Below are positions 12,001 through 24,434 of a stretch of 64,000 bases of DNA, piece after piece. The stretch's first letter is position 1. Each line of letters starts with the position of its first letter. The notes beneath the pieces are model-generated. The model saw nothing but the letters and a program-made list of their open reading frames with translations. It ran no database searches and was not told the origin of the DNA. Source of the stretch: Macrostomum lignano (lineage: Eukaryota); the NCBI GenBank assembly GCA_002269645.1, contig NIVC01000890.1, positions 1 to 64,000 of the forward strand, written 5' to 3'. The position numbers and the translations under genes are program-made.

Positions 12001-15000
12001 CCTCAGCTGCGGAGTCATGAGTGCGGTCAGGTCCTTTTCAGATTTGAATAGGATGTACTGCGCTTGCCCATCCTGAGTTGTGCTCGACGTTTGCAGACTG
12101 GCGTCTCTGACAGTCGGTGCCAAATTAGTACTCATGTACTTATCAGACTGCTGAGATATATACTGTGCCTGGTGTTCTTGAGTTGTGCTAGACGCTTGCA
12201 GGCTGGCGTCTCTGACAGCCGGTGCCAAATTAGTACTCATGTACTTATCAGACTGCTGAGATATATACTGTGCCTGGTGTTCTTGAGTTGTGCTAGACGC
12301 TTGCAGGCTGGCGTCTCTAACTGTCGGAGTCAGTAGTGTCGACAAATCCTTGTCTGAATGGAACAGTACGTACTGAACTTGACTTTCTGTAGTGGATCGG
12401 CTGGCCTGTTGACTGGCATCTTTCACCGGGCTAAGCAATGTATTCAAGTCTTTGTCCGACTGGAACAAGAGGTACTGCGCGTGGCCTTCTCTGGTTTGGG
12501 TTGATGCTTGGAGACTGGCGTCTCGAGTGTCGCTCGTTGTTAGCGCCGATAGGTCTTTGTCCGATTGGAATAGCACATACTGCGCCTGACTCTCGGTAGT
12601 GACTCTAGAAGCTTGCTGGCTAGCGTCTCTCAATTTTGGACTCATCAAGGCCGTCAGGTCTTTGTCTGACTGGAACACCAAGTACTGAGTCTGACCCTCT
12701 GTCATCGTCCGAGAGACTTGCATGCCGGCGTCTCGCATTTTTGGCTCTAACATGACCGACAGGTCTTTGTCCGACTTGAACAAAACGTACTGCGTATGAC
12801 CCTCCGTGGTCAGAGCCGACGCCTGAGTGCTAGAGTCGGTAACAGCCGTCGAGTCTTTGTTCGACTGAAATATGACGAACTGCGTGTCGGTGTCGCGCGA
12901 GCGGATCTGCAAACCTGCTTGGCAGCTTCTGTCTCTGAGGATGAGCCTCTGCTGCAGTTCAGCTCGGAGCTCCTCCGTATCCAGGTGCTTCAGCCAATTG
13001 ACGCTGTCCGTAGCATCTACCGGCTGACTCACCGCCCGCACCTTTTCCTCCGTCTGCCAGTCTTCGTCCAAGTCGATTTCGACAATTCTTGGTCCAGAGA
13101 ACTCCAAAGCGGTGTCCTTGAGCGCCCAAGACGTTTGGATGGCGTGGTCGATTTGGCTCAGGCTTTGCTCCTCCGTCGCGACTTGAAAGAACGCGCTGGC
13201 CTCTCCGGAGTCCGGCATCGTCTGGATGGCGTGCTCTCGACCTTCGACTTGGCTGTACTGACTGCCCGATTTGGTGGCTGGCAGCCGTGTGCTCAGCATT
13301 AGCGTGTCGCTGGTAGAGTACCGAGTCTGGACGCCGTGGTCCGCCCGCTCGCTGTCGAACTGACTACCCGAGTGCTCCGTGACCAGGCGCTGAGATACCG
13401 CCGAACTCAACAAGCCACCGCCGACTCCCACGGTCTGAATTCCGTGCTCCATAGCTGAGGGTTGCTGCGCTGTAACGCTCGAGTCGGCCGTGGCGAAGCC
13501 AGTCTGAATTCCGTGATGCTGCTGGCTGGCCGCGATTCGCGTTTGGATGCCGTGCTCCGCCCGGCGGCCGACGCTGCGCTCCGTCGTCTGCAACGCCGCC
13601 TCGCGAGTGCCGGCCTGAGTAGTTTGCAGACCGCGCGAGTGCTGCTGCAGCCACTGGCGACCGACGACGTTGTCGGCGACACTTTCGCGGGCGGAGGACG
13701 AGGCTACCGAAGACAGCTCGCTCCAGCGGGCCTCGTCGACGCCCGCCTGTCGTAGGCCGGCAGCGGCGGCTTCGTTGAACTCGGACTGACGGGCACGCTG
13801 CGACGGCAGCTGGAACTGCAAAAGCCCCGCGACAGTGTCGCCGCCGGTAGCCGCATGAGCGGACATCAGCACCTCCTGGCGGCGCAGCTTGCGCACGTGG
13901 CGGCGCTGTTCGGCAGCCTGGCCAGCTCGCCAAGCGTTCAGTTTGGCGAAGAGCGACTCCAGTTGCTCCTGGCCGCTGGCTTGGAGAGTCCTGCGGAATA
14001 GCGATTGCATTGCTGGCTAGATGGGTTAGTACCGACTGTCTGGTGATGTATTATGCATCTTTGATGGCTGTTGACTGACGATTGATAGCTCATTGGTTGA
14101 TGATGATAACTTATTGATTGATTGATGATTGCTTGATTGGTTTGTTGATTGATTGATGATTGATTAGTGATTGATTGATGATTTCTTGATTGATTTATTG
14201 ATTGATTTTTTATTGATGATTGATTGGTGATTGATTGATGATTTCTTGATTTATTTATTGATTGATTTTTTATTGATGATTGATTGACGATAGATTGATG
14301 ATTGATTTTTGATTGATTGATGTTTTATTCGTGATTGATTGATGATTGATTGGTGATTGATTGATGATTTCTTCATTGATTTGTTGATCGATGATTGATA
14401 ATCGATTTTTTACTTATGATTGATTGATGATTTGTTGATTTATGATTGATTGACAATAATTGATGATTGATACCGAGATATATGTAATTGCAAATCACAT
14501 GAGAGCTGACTATTTGTAAATACAAACTGCTGCTCTACACCATCCAAAACTATGCTCAATACTCACTCTAGCAGAGCGATGGAGTTGTGCAGCTCAGGCT
14601 TGGAGCAGTCCAGCTCAGTCAGCCAGTACTCGGAGCCGCGCACGGCCAGAGACTGCCGCCGGAACGACTCCCAGTACTTGATGTGCGACTCCAGCTTGGC
14701 CAGCAGGCTCCTCAGCTGCACAATTTCAGCCTCTTTGAGCAGCACTCGCTTCCTCGAGCCGCGTTTCGACGGGTCGTTGCGTCGGTCCAACTGAGCGAGG
14801 GTCTGCAGCACCGAACGGAACCGATCGTCGTCTCCAAAGATATTGTACACCTCCTGCTTGAGCAGCTGCCACTGCTCGGGGCTCTCAAATTCGGCGTAGT
14901 CGTGAGCGGACAGGTGGCGGAAGAGCAGGGTGAGGTAATCGCACAGCACCGTCTGGAACCGGGCCGCTGAGCTGCCCCAGAGAGACAGGAATTTCTCCTC

Positions 15001-18000
15001 CAGCCTGCGGAATGACAAATCATCACGTTTGAGACAGGGGAATTCTTTTTTTCGAGATCGGGGAATCCCTTTAGAACAAGATAAAATAAAACAAATTTGA
15101 ACTGGGAATCTCAGTTGGAATGGGGAAATCCTGTTTATTATGGGAATTTGGGTTGGAATGAAAGAATAAGATGCCTAAATTTGGTATTAGGGAATCCGTG
15201 TCAATAATGGGGAAATTCGAGTCGATACGGGAGAATTCAAGTTAAAGAGGGAATCGAGTTCAATATTTGGAAAATTCAATTTAATAAATGGGGAATCCAA
15301 CTCAGTACTTGGGGAATTCAAGCAATTGATGAGGAAATCCAATATAATAAAGGGAGAAGCCAATTTATTAATTGAGAATCCAATTTATTAATTGGGGAAT
15401 CCGATTCAATAATTGGGGAATCCGGTTCAATAATTAGGGAATCCGGTTCAATAATCGGAGAATCCGATTCAATAATCGGGGAATCCGATTCAATAATTGG
15501 GGAATCCGATTCAATAATCGGGGAATCCGATTCAATAATTGGGGAATCCGATTCAATAATTGGGGAATCCGATTCAATAATTGGGTAATCCGATTCAATA
15601 ATTGGGGAATCCTATTCAATAATCGGGGAATCCGATTCAATAATTGGGGAATCCGATTCAATAATTGGGGAATCCGATTCAATAATTGGGGAATCCGATT
15701 TATTAACTGGGGAATCCGATTCAATAATTGGGTAATCCGATTCAATAATTGGGGAATCCTATTCAATAATCGGGGAATCCGATCCAATAATTGGGGAATC
15801 CGATTCAATAATTGGGGAATCCTATTCAATAATTGGGGAATCCTATTCAATAATTGAGGAATCCGGTTCAATAACTGGGGAATCCTTATTTTCTTTCAGA
15901 GAAGAGGGTGAATTTCTTTTAGAACTGGGAAGAATTTTTATAGGGAGAATACTCTACTCACTTCAGCGCCAGCTCGGTCGCGCCGAGATCAGGCGGAGGC
16001 AGCCACAGCATGATCGAAGGCACGTCGAAGCTGGCTGCCTCGCCATCCTCAGACTCGTAGGAGACCCGCCAGAGCAGACTGTCCGAGTTGTCAAGCAGGG
16101 TGAGCTCGGTGCCCTCCTCGAATCGGCCGATCGAGTTTTCGAATGGGCACAGCAGCAGGGCCGGCCGGGGCTGTCGGGTGGGTTCGAGTCTCTGCTGCAC
16201 CTGGGTGTAGGGATGATGAATGGTTTTATGGACTATGTGGATTGCTAATCTAGCCAATCGCATTGATAAAGGAATAGAATGGATTGCTAATCTAGCCAAT
16301 CATATTGATAAAGGAATAGAATGGATTGCTAATCTAGCCAATCATATTGATAAAGGAATAGAATGGATTGCTAATCTAGCCCCAACTCACTGGCACAACC
16401 CGCCGGCTAGCAGACACCACAGTCTGCACCCGCTGCCAGAGGCACAGGAACTCCGACAGCTGGCTCTGCATGAAGGTCTTGATGGAGTCGGTTTCTCGCA
16501 CAATCGGCTTGGGCGAGAAGGCGCTGAGCCAGTGCTCTAGCTGGTGCCAGCGGTCTTTCAGCAGCAGAAAGGTGTCCCTGTAGTCGAAGAAGAACTGATG
16601 ATAGTCTGAGGCGTTTCTGGTGTGCACGCGGGTCAGGTCGGTGAGCCGCTGCACCTGTGACCAGCAGTCGGTCACGCCCTGGCTTGTCACCTTGTCACCG
16701 TGCGGATGGTCACGCATGGCCTTGGCGCGGGCCATAACAGTGTGCATCAGTTTCTGGAGGGATAAGGGTAGCGTTCAGTAGAAGTGTAGTACAGTAGAGT
16801 AGATCTGAGTAGAGTAGAGTAGGGTAGATCTGAGTATAGTAGAGTAGAGTAGATCTGAGTAGAGTAGAGTAGATTTGAGTAGAGTAGAGCAGATCTGAGT
16901 AGAGTAGAGTATATCTGAGTAGAGTAGAGTAGATCTGAGTAGAGTAGAGTAGATCTGAGTAGAGTAGAGTAGAGTAGATCTGAGTAGAGTAGAGTAGAGT
17001 AGATCTGAATAGAGTAGAGTAGATCTGAGTAGAGTAGAGTAGATCTGAGTAGAGTAGAGTAGATCTGAGTAGAGTAGAGTAGAGTAGATCTGAGTAGAGT
17101 AGAGTAGATCTGAGTAGAGTAGAGTAGATCTGAGTAGAGTAGAGTAGATCTGAGTCGAGTAGAGTAGAGTAGATCTGAGTAGAGTAGAGTAGATCTGAGT
17201 AGAGTAGAGTAGATCTGAGTAGAGTAGAGTAGATCTGAGTAGAGTAGAGTAGATCTGAGTAGAGTAGAGTAGATCTGAGTAGAGTAGAGTAGAGTAGATC
17301 TGAGTAGAGTAGAGTAGAGTAGATCTGAATAGAGTAGAGTAGATCTGAGTAGAGTAGAGTAGATCTGAGTAGAGTAGAGTAGATCTGAGTAGAGTAGAGT
17401 AGAGTAGATCTGAGTAGAGTAGAGTAGATCTGAGTAGAGTAGAGTAGATCTGAGTAGAGTAGAGTAGATCTGAGTCGAGTAGAGTAGATCTGAGTAGAGT
17501 AGAGTAGAGTAGATCTGAGTAGAGTAGAGTATATCTGAGTAGAGTAGAGTAGATCTGAGTAGAGTAGAGTAGATCTGAGTAGAGTAGAGTAGGGTAGATC
17601 TGAGTATAGTAGAGTAGAGTAGATCTGAGTAGAGTAGAGTAGAGTAGATCTGAGTAGAGTAGAGCAGATCTGAGTAGAGTAGAGTATATCTGAGTAGAGT
17701 AGAGTAGATCTGAGTAGAGTAGAGTAGATCTGAGTAGAGTAGAGTAGAGTAGATCTGAGTAGAGTAGAGTAGATCTGAATAGAGTAGAGTAGATCTGAGT
17801 AGAGTAGAGTAGATCTGAGTAGAGTAGAGTAGAGTAGATCTGAGTAGAGTAGAGTAGATCTGAGTAGAGTAGAGTAGAGTGGATCTGAGTAGAGTAGAGT
17901 ATATCTGAGTAGAGTAGATCTGAGTAGAGTAGAGTAGAGTAGATCTGAGTAGAGTAGATCTGAGTAGAGCAGAGTAGATCTGAGTAGAGTAGATCTGAGT

Positions 18001-19113
18001 AGAGTAGATCTGAGTAGAGCAGAGTAGATCTGAGTAGAGCAGAGTAGATCTGAGTAGAGTAGATCTGAGTAGAGTAGATCTGAGTAGAAAAGATCTCTGA
18101 GTCGGATGGAACAGAGCAGAGTAGAATATATCAGAGCACTAGTAACAGCCATCATTACCGTGAAGTCGTCCTCCAGTCCTGCAATCCGCTGCAGATAACC
18201 AACGCACTTCTTGTTCTGGTGAATCTCGCCTTTGATGCTCTCGCTCTCCTTCAGCAGGCGGGCCTCGGTGTCGCCCTGTTGGGGTTGCGAAGGGGAGGGG
18301 TTCAATGTTGAACATCAGCTAGCCATCGGCAGCTCAAGTACCATGAAGCACTGAAAGTTCAATGGACGATTCTCACCCGGACTCCATCGCAGATCTGCTT
18401 CTCTATATCGAAGAGGCGAGTCTCCAAATCTTTTTGAAGCTCGCCAGCCTCGCCCAGAAACAAATTGTTGTCCCCGAATCGAACTCTGGTCGCTTCGTCC
18501 TGCGAGCGGTGTTCGGGTTTATGTGGGTCTTTGTTAGATATAATCTTAGGAGAATTATTTCAGTTGTTCGAGTGTAACAGGTAACAGTTCAAGTCTAACA
18601 GGTAACAGTTCGAGTCTAACAGGTAACAGTTCGAGTCTAACAGGTAACAGTTCGAGTCTAACAGGTAACAGTTCGAGTCTAACAGGTAACAGTTTGAGTC
18701 TAACAGGTAACAGTTCGAGTCTAACAGGTAACAGTTCAAGTCTAACAGATAAAACACCAGTCTAACATGTAAAACCTACCCCAGTCTAACAGGTAAACAC
18801 CTGTATAACAGGTAAAACCCCCAGTCTAACAGGTAAAACACCAGTCTAACAGGTAAAACACAGAGGTCTAACACGTAAAACCCACCCCAATCTAACAGGA
18901 AAAACCCCAGTCTAACAGGTAAAACCCGATTCTAACAGGTAAAACACCAGTATAACAGGTAAAACCCCAGTCTAACAGGTTAGAATTTAAACAAATTCAA
19001 CTCCAATGTTAACAGAGAAATTCTCAAGAGTCAAGTATTATAACAAAATATCATGGACTCACCTTGATAGCTCGAAGAGCATCTTCAAGCTGCACCTCCA
19101 CCTCTGTCCCCAT
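1..19113 (-). CDS. Giant plakin-domain (spectrin-like + SH3) protein with a very long repeat-rich, TQT-motif-rich tail; 3' end beyond the window
   Basis: Phase-consistent GT-AG exons: 19113-19063 (MGTEVEVQLEDALRAIK), 18544-18377, 18275-18159, 16753-16391, 16200-15962, 15004-14567, then one exon from 13990 to <1. HTRNASDYHQFFFD...RVQTVVSASRRVVPVQQR...LLCPF...LTLLDNSDSLLWRV...VPSIMLWLPPPD matches from memory the desmoplakin/plectin plakin-domain SH3 region (HLKENAAYFQFFEE...ALCDY...ILKDNNERSKWYV...VPSVGLIIPPPN). The ORF is open 13990-3193 and continues with the same motifs in shifted frames (3169-2924, 3035-1125, 1243-440, 443-87). Confidence 0.85.
4455..5508 (-). repeat. Coding tandem repeat, 117 bp / 39 aa x9 (IIKVDTTTPVEKEVSESEVKARVEMQELSTGFGVAHEDT)
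   Basis: The DNA period of 117 is visible (agcaacacc at 5041, 5158, 5275, 5392); nine copies counted in the translation. Confidence 0.95.
7290..11230 (-). repeat. Coding repeat region: 12 diverged units of about 100-135 aa, each containing (L/M)(R/K)DSSGQ(Y/F)(Y/F)L...S(S/E)KNIVARV
   Basis: Twelve DS(S/A/Q)GQ-like motifs counted in the 3605-aa ORF, spaced about 305-410 nt apart. Confidence 0.9.
11480..12900 (-). repeat. Coding repeat region of about 33-36 aa units (xQYxLFxSDKDLS...RDASxQAS)
   Basis: Recurrent SDKD(L/V) motif about every 100-105 nt; a near-identical pair at 12121/12226 (period 105). Confidence 0.9.
14075..14470. repeat. Degenerate GATT-rich simple repeat (intron)
   Basis: Runs of gattgattgatgatt between exons 14567 and 13990. 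Confidence 0.9.
15360..15885. repeat. 21-bp minisatellite (aataattggggaatccgattc), intronic
   Basis: About 24 near-identical units, with degenerate copies continuing towards 15050. Confidence 0.95.
16238..16380. repeat. 42-bp tandem repeat x about 3.5 (atggattgctaatctagccaatcatattgataaaggaataga), intronic
   Basis: Read directly; fills most of intron 16201-16390. Confidence 0.9.
16785..18090. repeat. Compound AGAGT / AGATCTGAGT satellite, intronic
   Basis: Fills intron 16754-18158. Confidence 0.97.
18575..18985. repeat. 19-21 bp minisatellites with a TCTAACAGGTAA core, intronic
   Basis: tctaacaggtaacagttcgag x about 8, followed by tctaacaggtaaaacccca-type units. Confidence 0.9.
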
Positions 19114-20122
19114 GGCAACCGAAGGGGAAGTGGGGCTGCTAATAGAGCCGCTAAAAAAGTTTCGAGTAAAGTAAATTGGCAGTGATCAGACGGTGATCAG
19201 CAGGTATCGGTCTGTTTTGCTAGTTCCAATTGGAATATATTGTTAATTTTAGTTAGTTCAAATACCGATTTCGCGGTGGACCTATGAAAAGTTTGGCACA
19301 AAAGCTGGCGGGAGGCAGACCAGCCAGGCATATTATAAAGATGCGCGCTAGAGGGCGGGAGCTGAGCCCAAACTCAAGCTTCTAATTCGCTGTACCTCTG
19401 ACAATCCACCCCCTGGCCTAACCCTCATCTCAAGCGATGGTTGCCCACCCAACCTTATCTCTCTCTCTCTCTTTTCAATTCTTTTTTCCAGATGAACAAA
19501 AGATGCCCACAAGAGATAAAGTGAAGCACGGCATCGGCATCGAAGAATACTCGGTTGAGCATGCTCGGAGAAGCAGGCAGATAGCCCTCTGTTTGTGTTC
19601 CATTCAACCTCAACCATCTCACCGCCCTGAGCCTCGCCGCTCGCGCTCAGAATAACAACCTGCAGAATTCCAGTTCAGCTTAGTTATGTTTGAGCAGAGA
19701 ATGCAAAGTTCTCAAGCCATTATGACCATGGTCTATCTAATCCACAGTATCTGCAGGGACGCTGCTCTGTTATTGCAATCTTGCGTGTTGACGAGTTCGC
19801 AACAAAAAAGTGGGTGGGCACCCCAGCTAACACCAGCACTTCACTGTCTAAACTTGGAAAAAATTTTCAACTACAGAGAAAGAGCGAAGACAACCAAAAC
19901 TATTGCTTTAGCGCTGAGATGGCTATAGGGACGGTAAAAGACAAAGATTGCAGCTGCTATTTCTGTTAATGATATGATTGTGCGAAATGTGCTTTTGCTG
20001 TGAAGTTAACTTTTCAGAAAATTTCCACGTAATGGCGCTTTTTATTGGCAGTTAAAACAAAACCATTGTCAGCTTAAGGGCGGCCATTGCAGAGGGGTGC
20101 ATCAAACGATCGAAAGACAGGC

Positions 20123-21443
20123 GCCATTAGAGACAGGCGCCATCAGTGACAGGCGCCATCAGAGACAGGCGCCATTAGAGACAGGCGCCATCAGTGACAG
20201 GCGCCATCAGAGACAGGCGCCATTAGACACGCGCCATCAGAGACAGGCGCCATCAAAGAGAGGGGCCGTTTGAGACAGACACCATCAGAGACAGGTGCCA
20301 TTAGAGATAAGCGCTATTAGAGACAGGCGCTATCAGAGACAGGCGCCATTAGACAGGCGCCATCAGAGACAGGTGCCATTAGAGATAAGCGCTATTAGAG
20401 ACAGGCGCTATCAGAGACAGGCGCCATTAGACAGGCGCCATCAGAGACAGGTGCCATTAGAGATAAGCGCTATTAGAGACAGGCGCTATCAGAGACAGGC
20501 GCCATTAGACAGGCGCCATCAGAGACTGGTGCCATTAGAGATAAGCGCCATCAGAGACAGGCGCCATCAGAGACAGGCGCCATCAGAGACAGGCGCCATC
20601 AGAGACAGGCGCCATCAGAGACAGGCGCCATCAGGGACAGGCGCCATCAGGGACAGGCGCCATCAGACAGGCGCCATCAGAGACAGGCGCCATCAGAGAC
20701 AGGCGCCATTAGACAGGCGCCATCAGAGACAGGCGCCATCAGAGACAGGCGCCATTAGACAGGCGCCATCAGAGACAGGCGCCATCAGAGACAGGCGCCA
20801 TCAGAGATCAGACACAGGCGCCATCAGACACAAGGCGCCATCAAAGACAGGCGCTATCAGGAACAGGCGCCATCAGACAGGCGCTATCAGGGACAGGCGC
20901 CATTAGACAGGCGCCATTAGACAGGCGCCGTCAGAGACAGGCGCCATCAAAGACAGGCGCCATCAAAGACAGGCGCCATCAAAGACAGGCGCCATCAAAG
21001 ACAGGCGCCATCTGAGACAGGCGCCATCTGAGACAGGCGCCATCTGAGACAGGCGCCATCAGGGACAGGTGCCATCAGAGACAGGGGGCATCAGGGACAG
21101 GTGCCATCAGAGACAGGGGGCATCAGGGACAGGTGCCATCAGAGACAGGGGGCATCAGAGACAGGCGCCATCTGAGACAGGCGCTATCAGGGACAGGCGC
21201 TATCAGGGACAGGCGCCATCAGACAGTCGCCATCAGAGACAGGCACCATCAGACACAGGCGCCATCAGAGATCAGACACAGGCGCCATCAGACACAGGCG
21301 CCATCAGAGACAGGCGCCATCAGAGACAGGCGCCATCAGAGACAGGCGCCATCAGAGACAGGCGCCATTAGAGACAAGCGCTATCAGAGACAGGCGCCAT
21401 CAGAGACGCGCCATCAGAGAGAGGCCCCATCAGAGAGGCGCCA
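20123..21443. repeat. 14-16 bp minisatellite (agagacaggcgccatc), intergenic
   Basis: Dozens of variable units read directly. Confidence 0.95.
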
Positions 21444-21896
21444 TCTTACTATCCTATCATTTACGCAATTTTTGAGCCATCGCGCAATTGAGTAGCCTAA
21501 GCTTGCAATTTAAAAGTGTTGAGTGGGCAAAATGTTGCTAAAAATAGCTCAGCTCATCAGATGAACAGATGACGCCCAAATGTTAGCAAAACGAATGGCT
21601 AATAAGGCAGACCCAAGCCCACACGATGTCACATGATTAAATAGCCAAAAAACCATCTCTATATGTTAGAGACGAAAAAAGAAAGAAAAACAGAGAGTTC
21701 AAGAGGACCGCCATGCAGTGAAGTTCGTTGGCTATGGCGCCACTCCTCTCTGTATGCCCGAACAAGCTGAAAGCAGATGACCGCTCATGCAGTCAACTAC
21801 AACTTTTAAATAAATAATAAATCTATTTGTGCCGAAATAACTTGGTTGCTGTCTAATAGGTACATGTACACTCATAGTAGGAGTGTCCCCATGTGT

Positions 21897-23944
21897 CTCT
21901 AACAGGTAGCATCGGTATCTAACAGGTAGCATCGGTATCTAACAGGTAGCATCGGTATCTAACAGGTAGCATCGGTATCTAACAGGTAGCATCGGTATCT
22001 AACAGGTAGCATCGGTATCTAACAGGTAGCATCGGTATCTAACAGGTAGCATCGGTATCTAACAGGTAGCATCGGTATCTAACAGGTAGTACCTCTATCT
22101 AACAGACAGCATCTGTATCTAACAGACAGAATCTGTATCTAACAGACAGAATCTGTATCTAACAGAAAGCATCTCAATCTAACAGACAGCATCTCTATCT
22201 AACAGACAGCATCTCTATCTAACAGAGAGAATCTCAATCTAACAGACAGCATCTCTATCTAACAGAGAGAATCTCTATCTAACAGACAGCATCTCTATCT
22301 AACAGACAGCATCTCTATCTAACAGACAGCATCTCTATCTAACAGACAGCATCTCTATCTAACAGACAGCATCTCTATCTAACAGAGAGAATCTCTATCT
22401 AACAGACAGCATCTCTATCTAACAGACAGCATCTCTATCTAACAGACAGCATCTCTATCTAACAGACAGCATCTCTATCTAACAGAGAGAATCTCAATCT
22501 AACAGACAGCATCTCTATCTAACAGAGAGAATCTCAATCTAACAGACAGTATCTCTATCTAACAGAGAGCATCTCTATCTAACAGACAGCATCTCTATCT
22601 AACAGACAGCATCTCTATCTAACAGAGAGAATCTCAATCTAACAGACAGCATCTCTATCTAACAGACAGCATCTCAATCTAACAGACAGTATCTCAATCT
22701 AACAGACAGCATCTCTATCTAACAGAGAGAATCTCAATCTAACAGACAGCATCTCTATCTAACAGAGAGAATCTCTATCTAACAGACAGCATCTCTATCT
22801 AACAGACAGCATCTCTATCTAACAGACAGCATCTCTATCTAACAGACAGAATCTCTATCTAACAGAGAGAATCTCAATCTAACAGACAGCATCTCTATCT
22901 AACAGAGAGAATCTCTATCTAACAGACAGCATCTCTATCTAACAGACAGCATCTCTATCTAACAGACAGCATCTCTATCTAACAGACAGCATCTCTATCT
23001 AACAGACAGCATCTCTATCTAACAGAGAGAATCTCTATCTAACAGACAGCATCTCTATCTAACAGACAGCATCTCTATCTAACAGACAGCATCTCTATCT
23101 AACAGACAGCATCTCTATCTAACAGAGAGAATCTCAATCTAACAGACAGCATCTCTATCTAACAGAGAGAATCTCAATCTAACAGACAGTATCTCTATCT
23201 AACAGAGAGCATCTCTATCTAACAGACAGCATCTCTATCTAACAGACAGCATCTCTATCTAACAGAGAGAATCTCAATCTAACAGACAGCATCTCTATCT
23301 AACAGACAGCATCTCAATCTAACAGACAGTATCTCAATCTAACAGACAGCATCTCTATCTAACAGAGAGAATCTCAATCTAACAGACAGCATCTCTATCT
23401 AACAGAGAGAATCTCTATCTAACAGACAGCATCTCTATCTAACAGACAGCATCTCTATCTAACAGACAGCATCTCTATCTAACAGACAGCATCTCTATCT
23501 AACAGAGAGAATCTCAATCTAACAGACAGCATCTCTATCTAACAGAGAGAATCTCAATCTAACAGACAGTATCTCTATCTAACAGAGAGCATCTCTATCT
23601 AACAGACAGCATCTCTATCTAACAGACAGCATCTCTATCTAACAGAGAGAATCTCAATCTAACAGACAGCATCTCTATCTAACAGACAGCATCTCTATCT
23701 AACAGACAGCATCTCTATCTAACAGACAGCATCTCTATCTAACAGACAGAATCTGTATCTAACAGACAGCATCTCTATCTAACAGACAGCATCTCTATCT
23801 AACAGACAGAATCTGTATCTAACAGACAGAATCTCTATCTAACAGACAGCATCTCAATCTAACAGACAGCGTATCAATCTAACAGACAGCATCTCTATCT
23901 AACAGACAGAATCTCTATCTAACAGACAGAATCTCTATCTAACA
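21897..23944. repeat. 20-bp minisatellite (atctaacagacagcatctct and variants), about 100 units
   Basis: Strict 20-bp register across lines; the first about 190 bp use the variant atctaacaggtagcatcggt. Confidence 0.97.
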
Positions 23945-24434
23945 GTGGCATCAGTAACAGATAATTGATGAATAGTAAAGATGAAAATAATTTTATAGCT
24001 ACTCGAGACATGCAAGAAAAGTATTTTGCATTCTTTTTTAAATTTATAATGTACAGACAGACTAACAATACTTTTATAAATCACTGTATATTCATAGTTC
24101 ATGCGATAAAAGCAGTACAATTTTGGAACCTGATATCGAAATTCAAGCAAAAAACTAGTCATGAACACTGACTACAATACTACTGTGCATAGCACATTAG
24201 AATAGAATTACACTGAGGTTAATAATCTTTTGTTCCTAAACTGGTTAATTTCGCTACTAACAGTAGTCGCATATAAAATTGAATGCGAAAAAAATTTCAC
24301 CAAAAAATAAAAAATAGCTATCTTTAACATATCGATCCGTTTGCATCCAAATTACTCTACTATTAGTAGCTAAGTTAAGCAATTTGTTAGTAAAATTAAT
24401 TTTGACAATAAAATTATTGCGCAATCGCCGTATT

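Noticed and set aside
15434-15871. LLNRIPQ-repeat ORF, plus similar ORFs at 20295-21495, 25100-25819, 36863-38068, 54493-54956 and 55850-57194
   Set aside because: All are translations of minisatellite or low-complexity DNA.
16710-18305. 531-aa ORF (YSTLL repeats)
   Set aside because: It is the translation of the AGAGT intronic satellite; only 18275-18159 is a true exon.
19460-19700. Strong plus-strand acceptor followed by a short GC-richer segment
   Set aside because: No recognisable protein and no partner exons; left unannotated.
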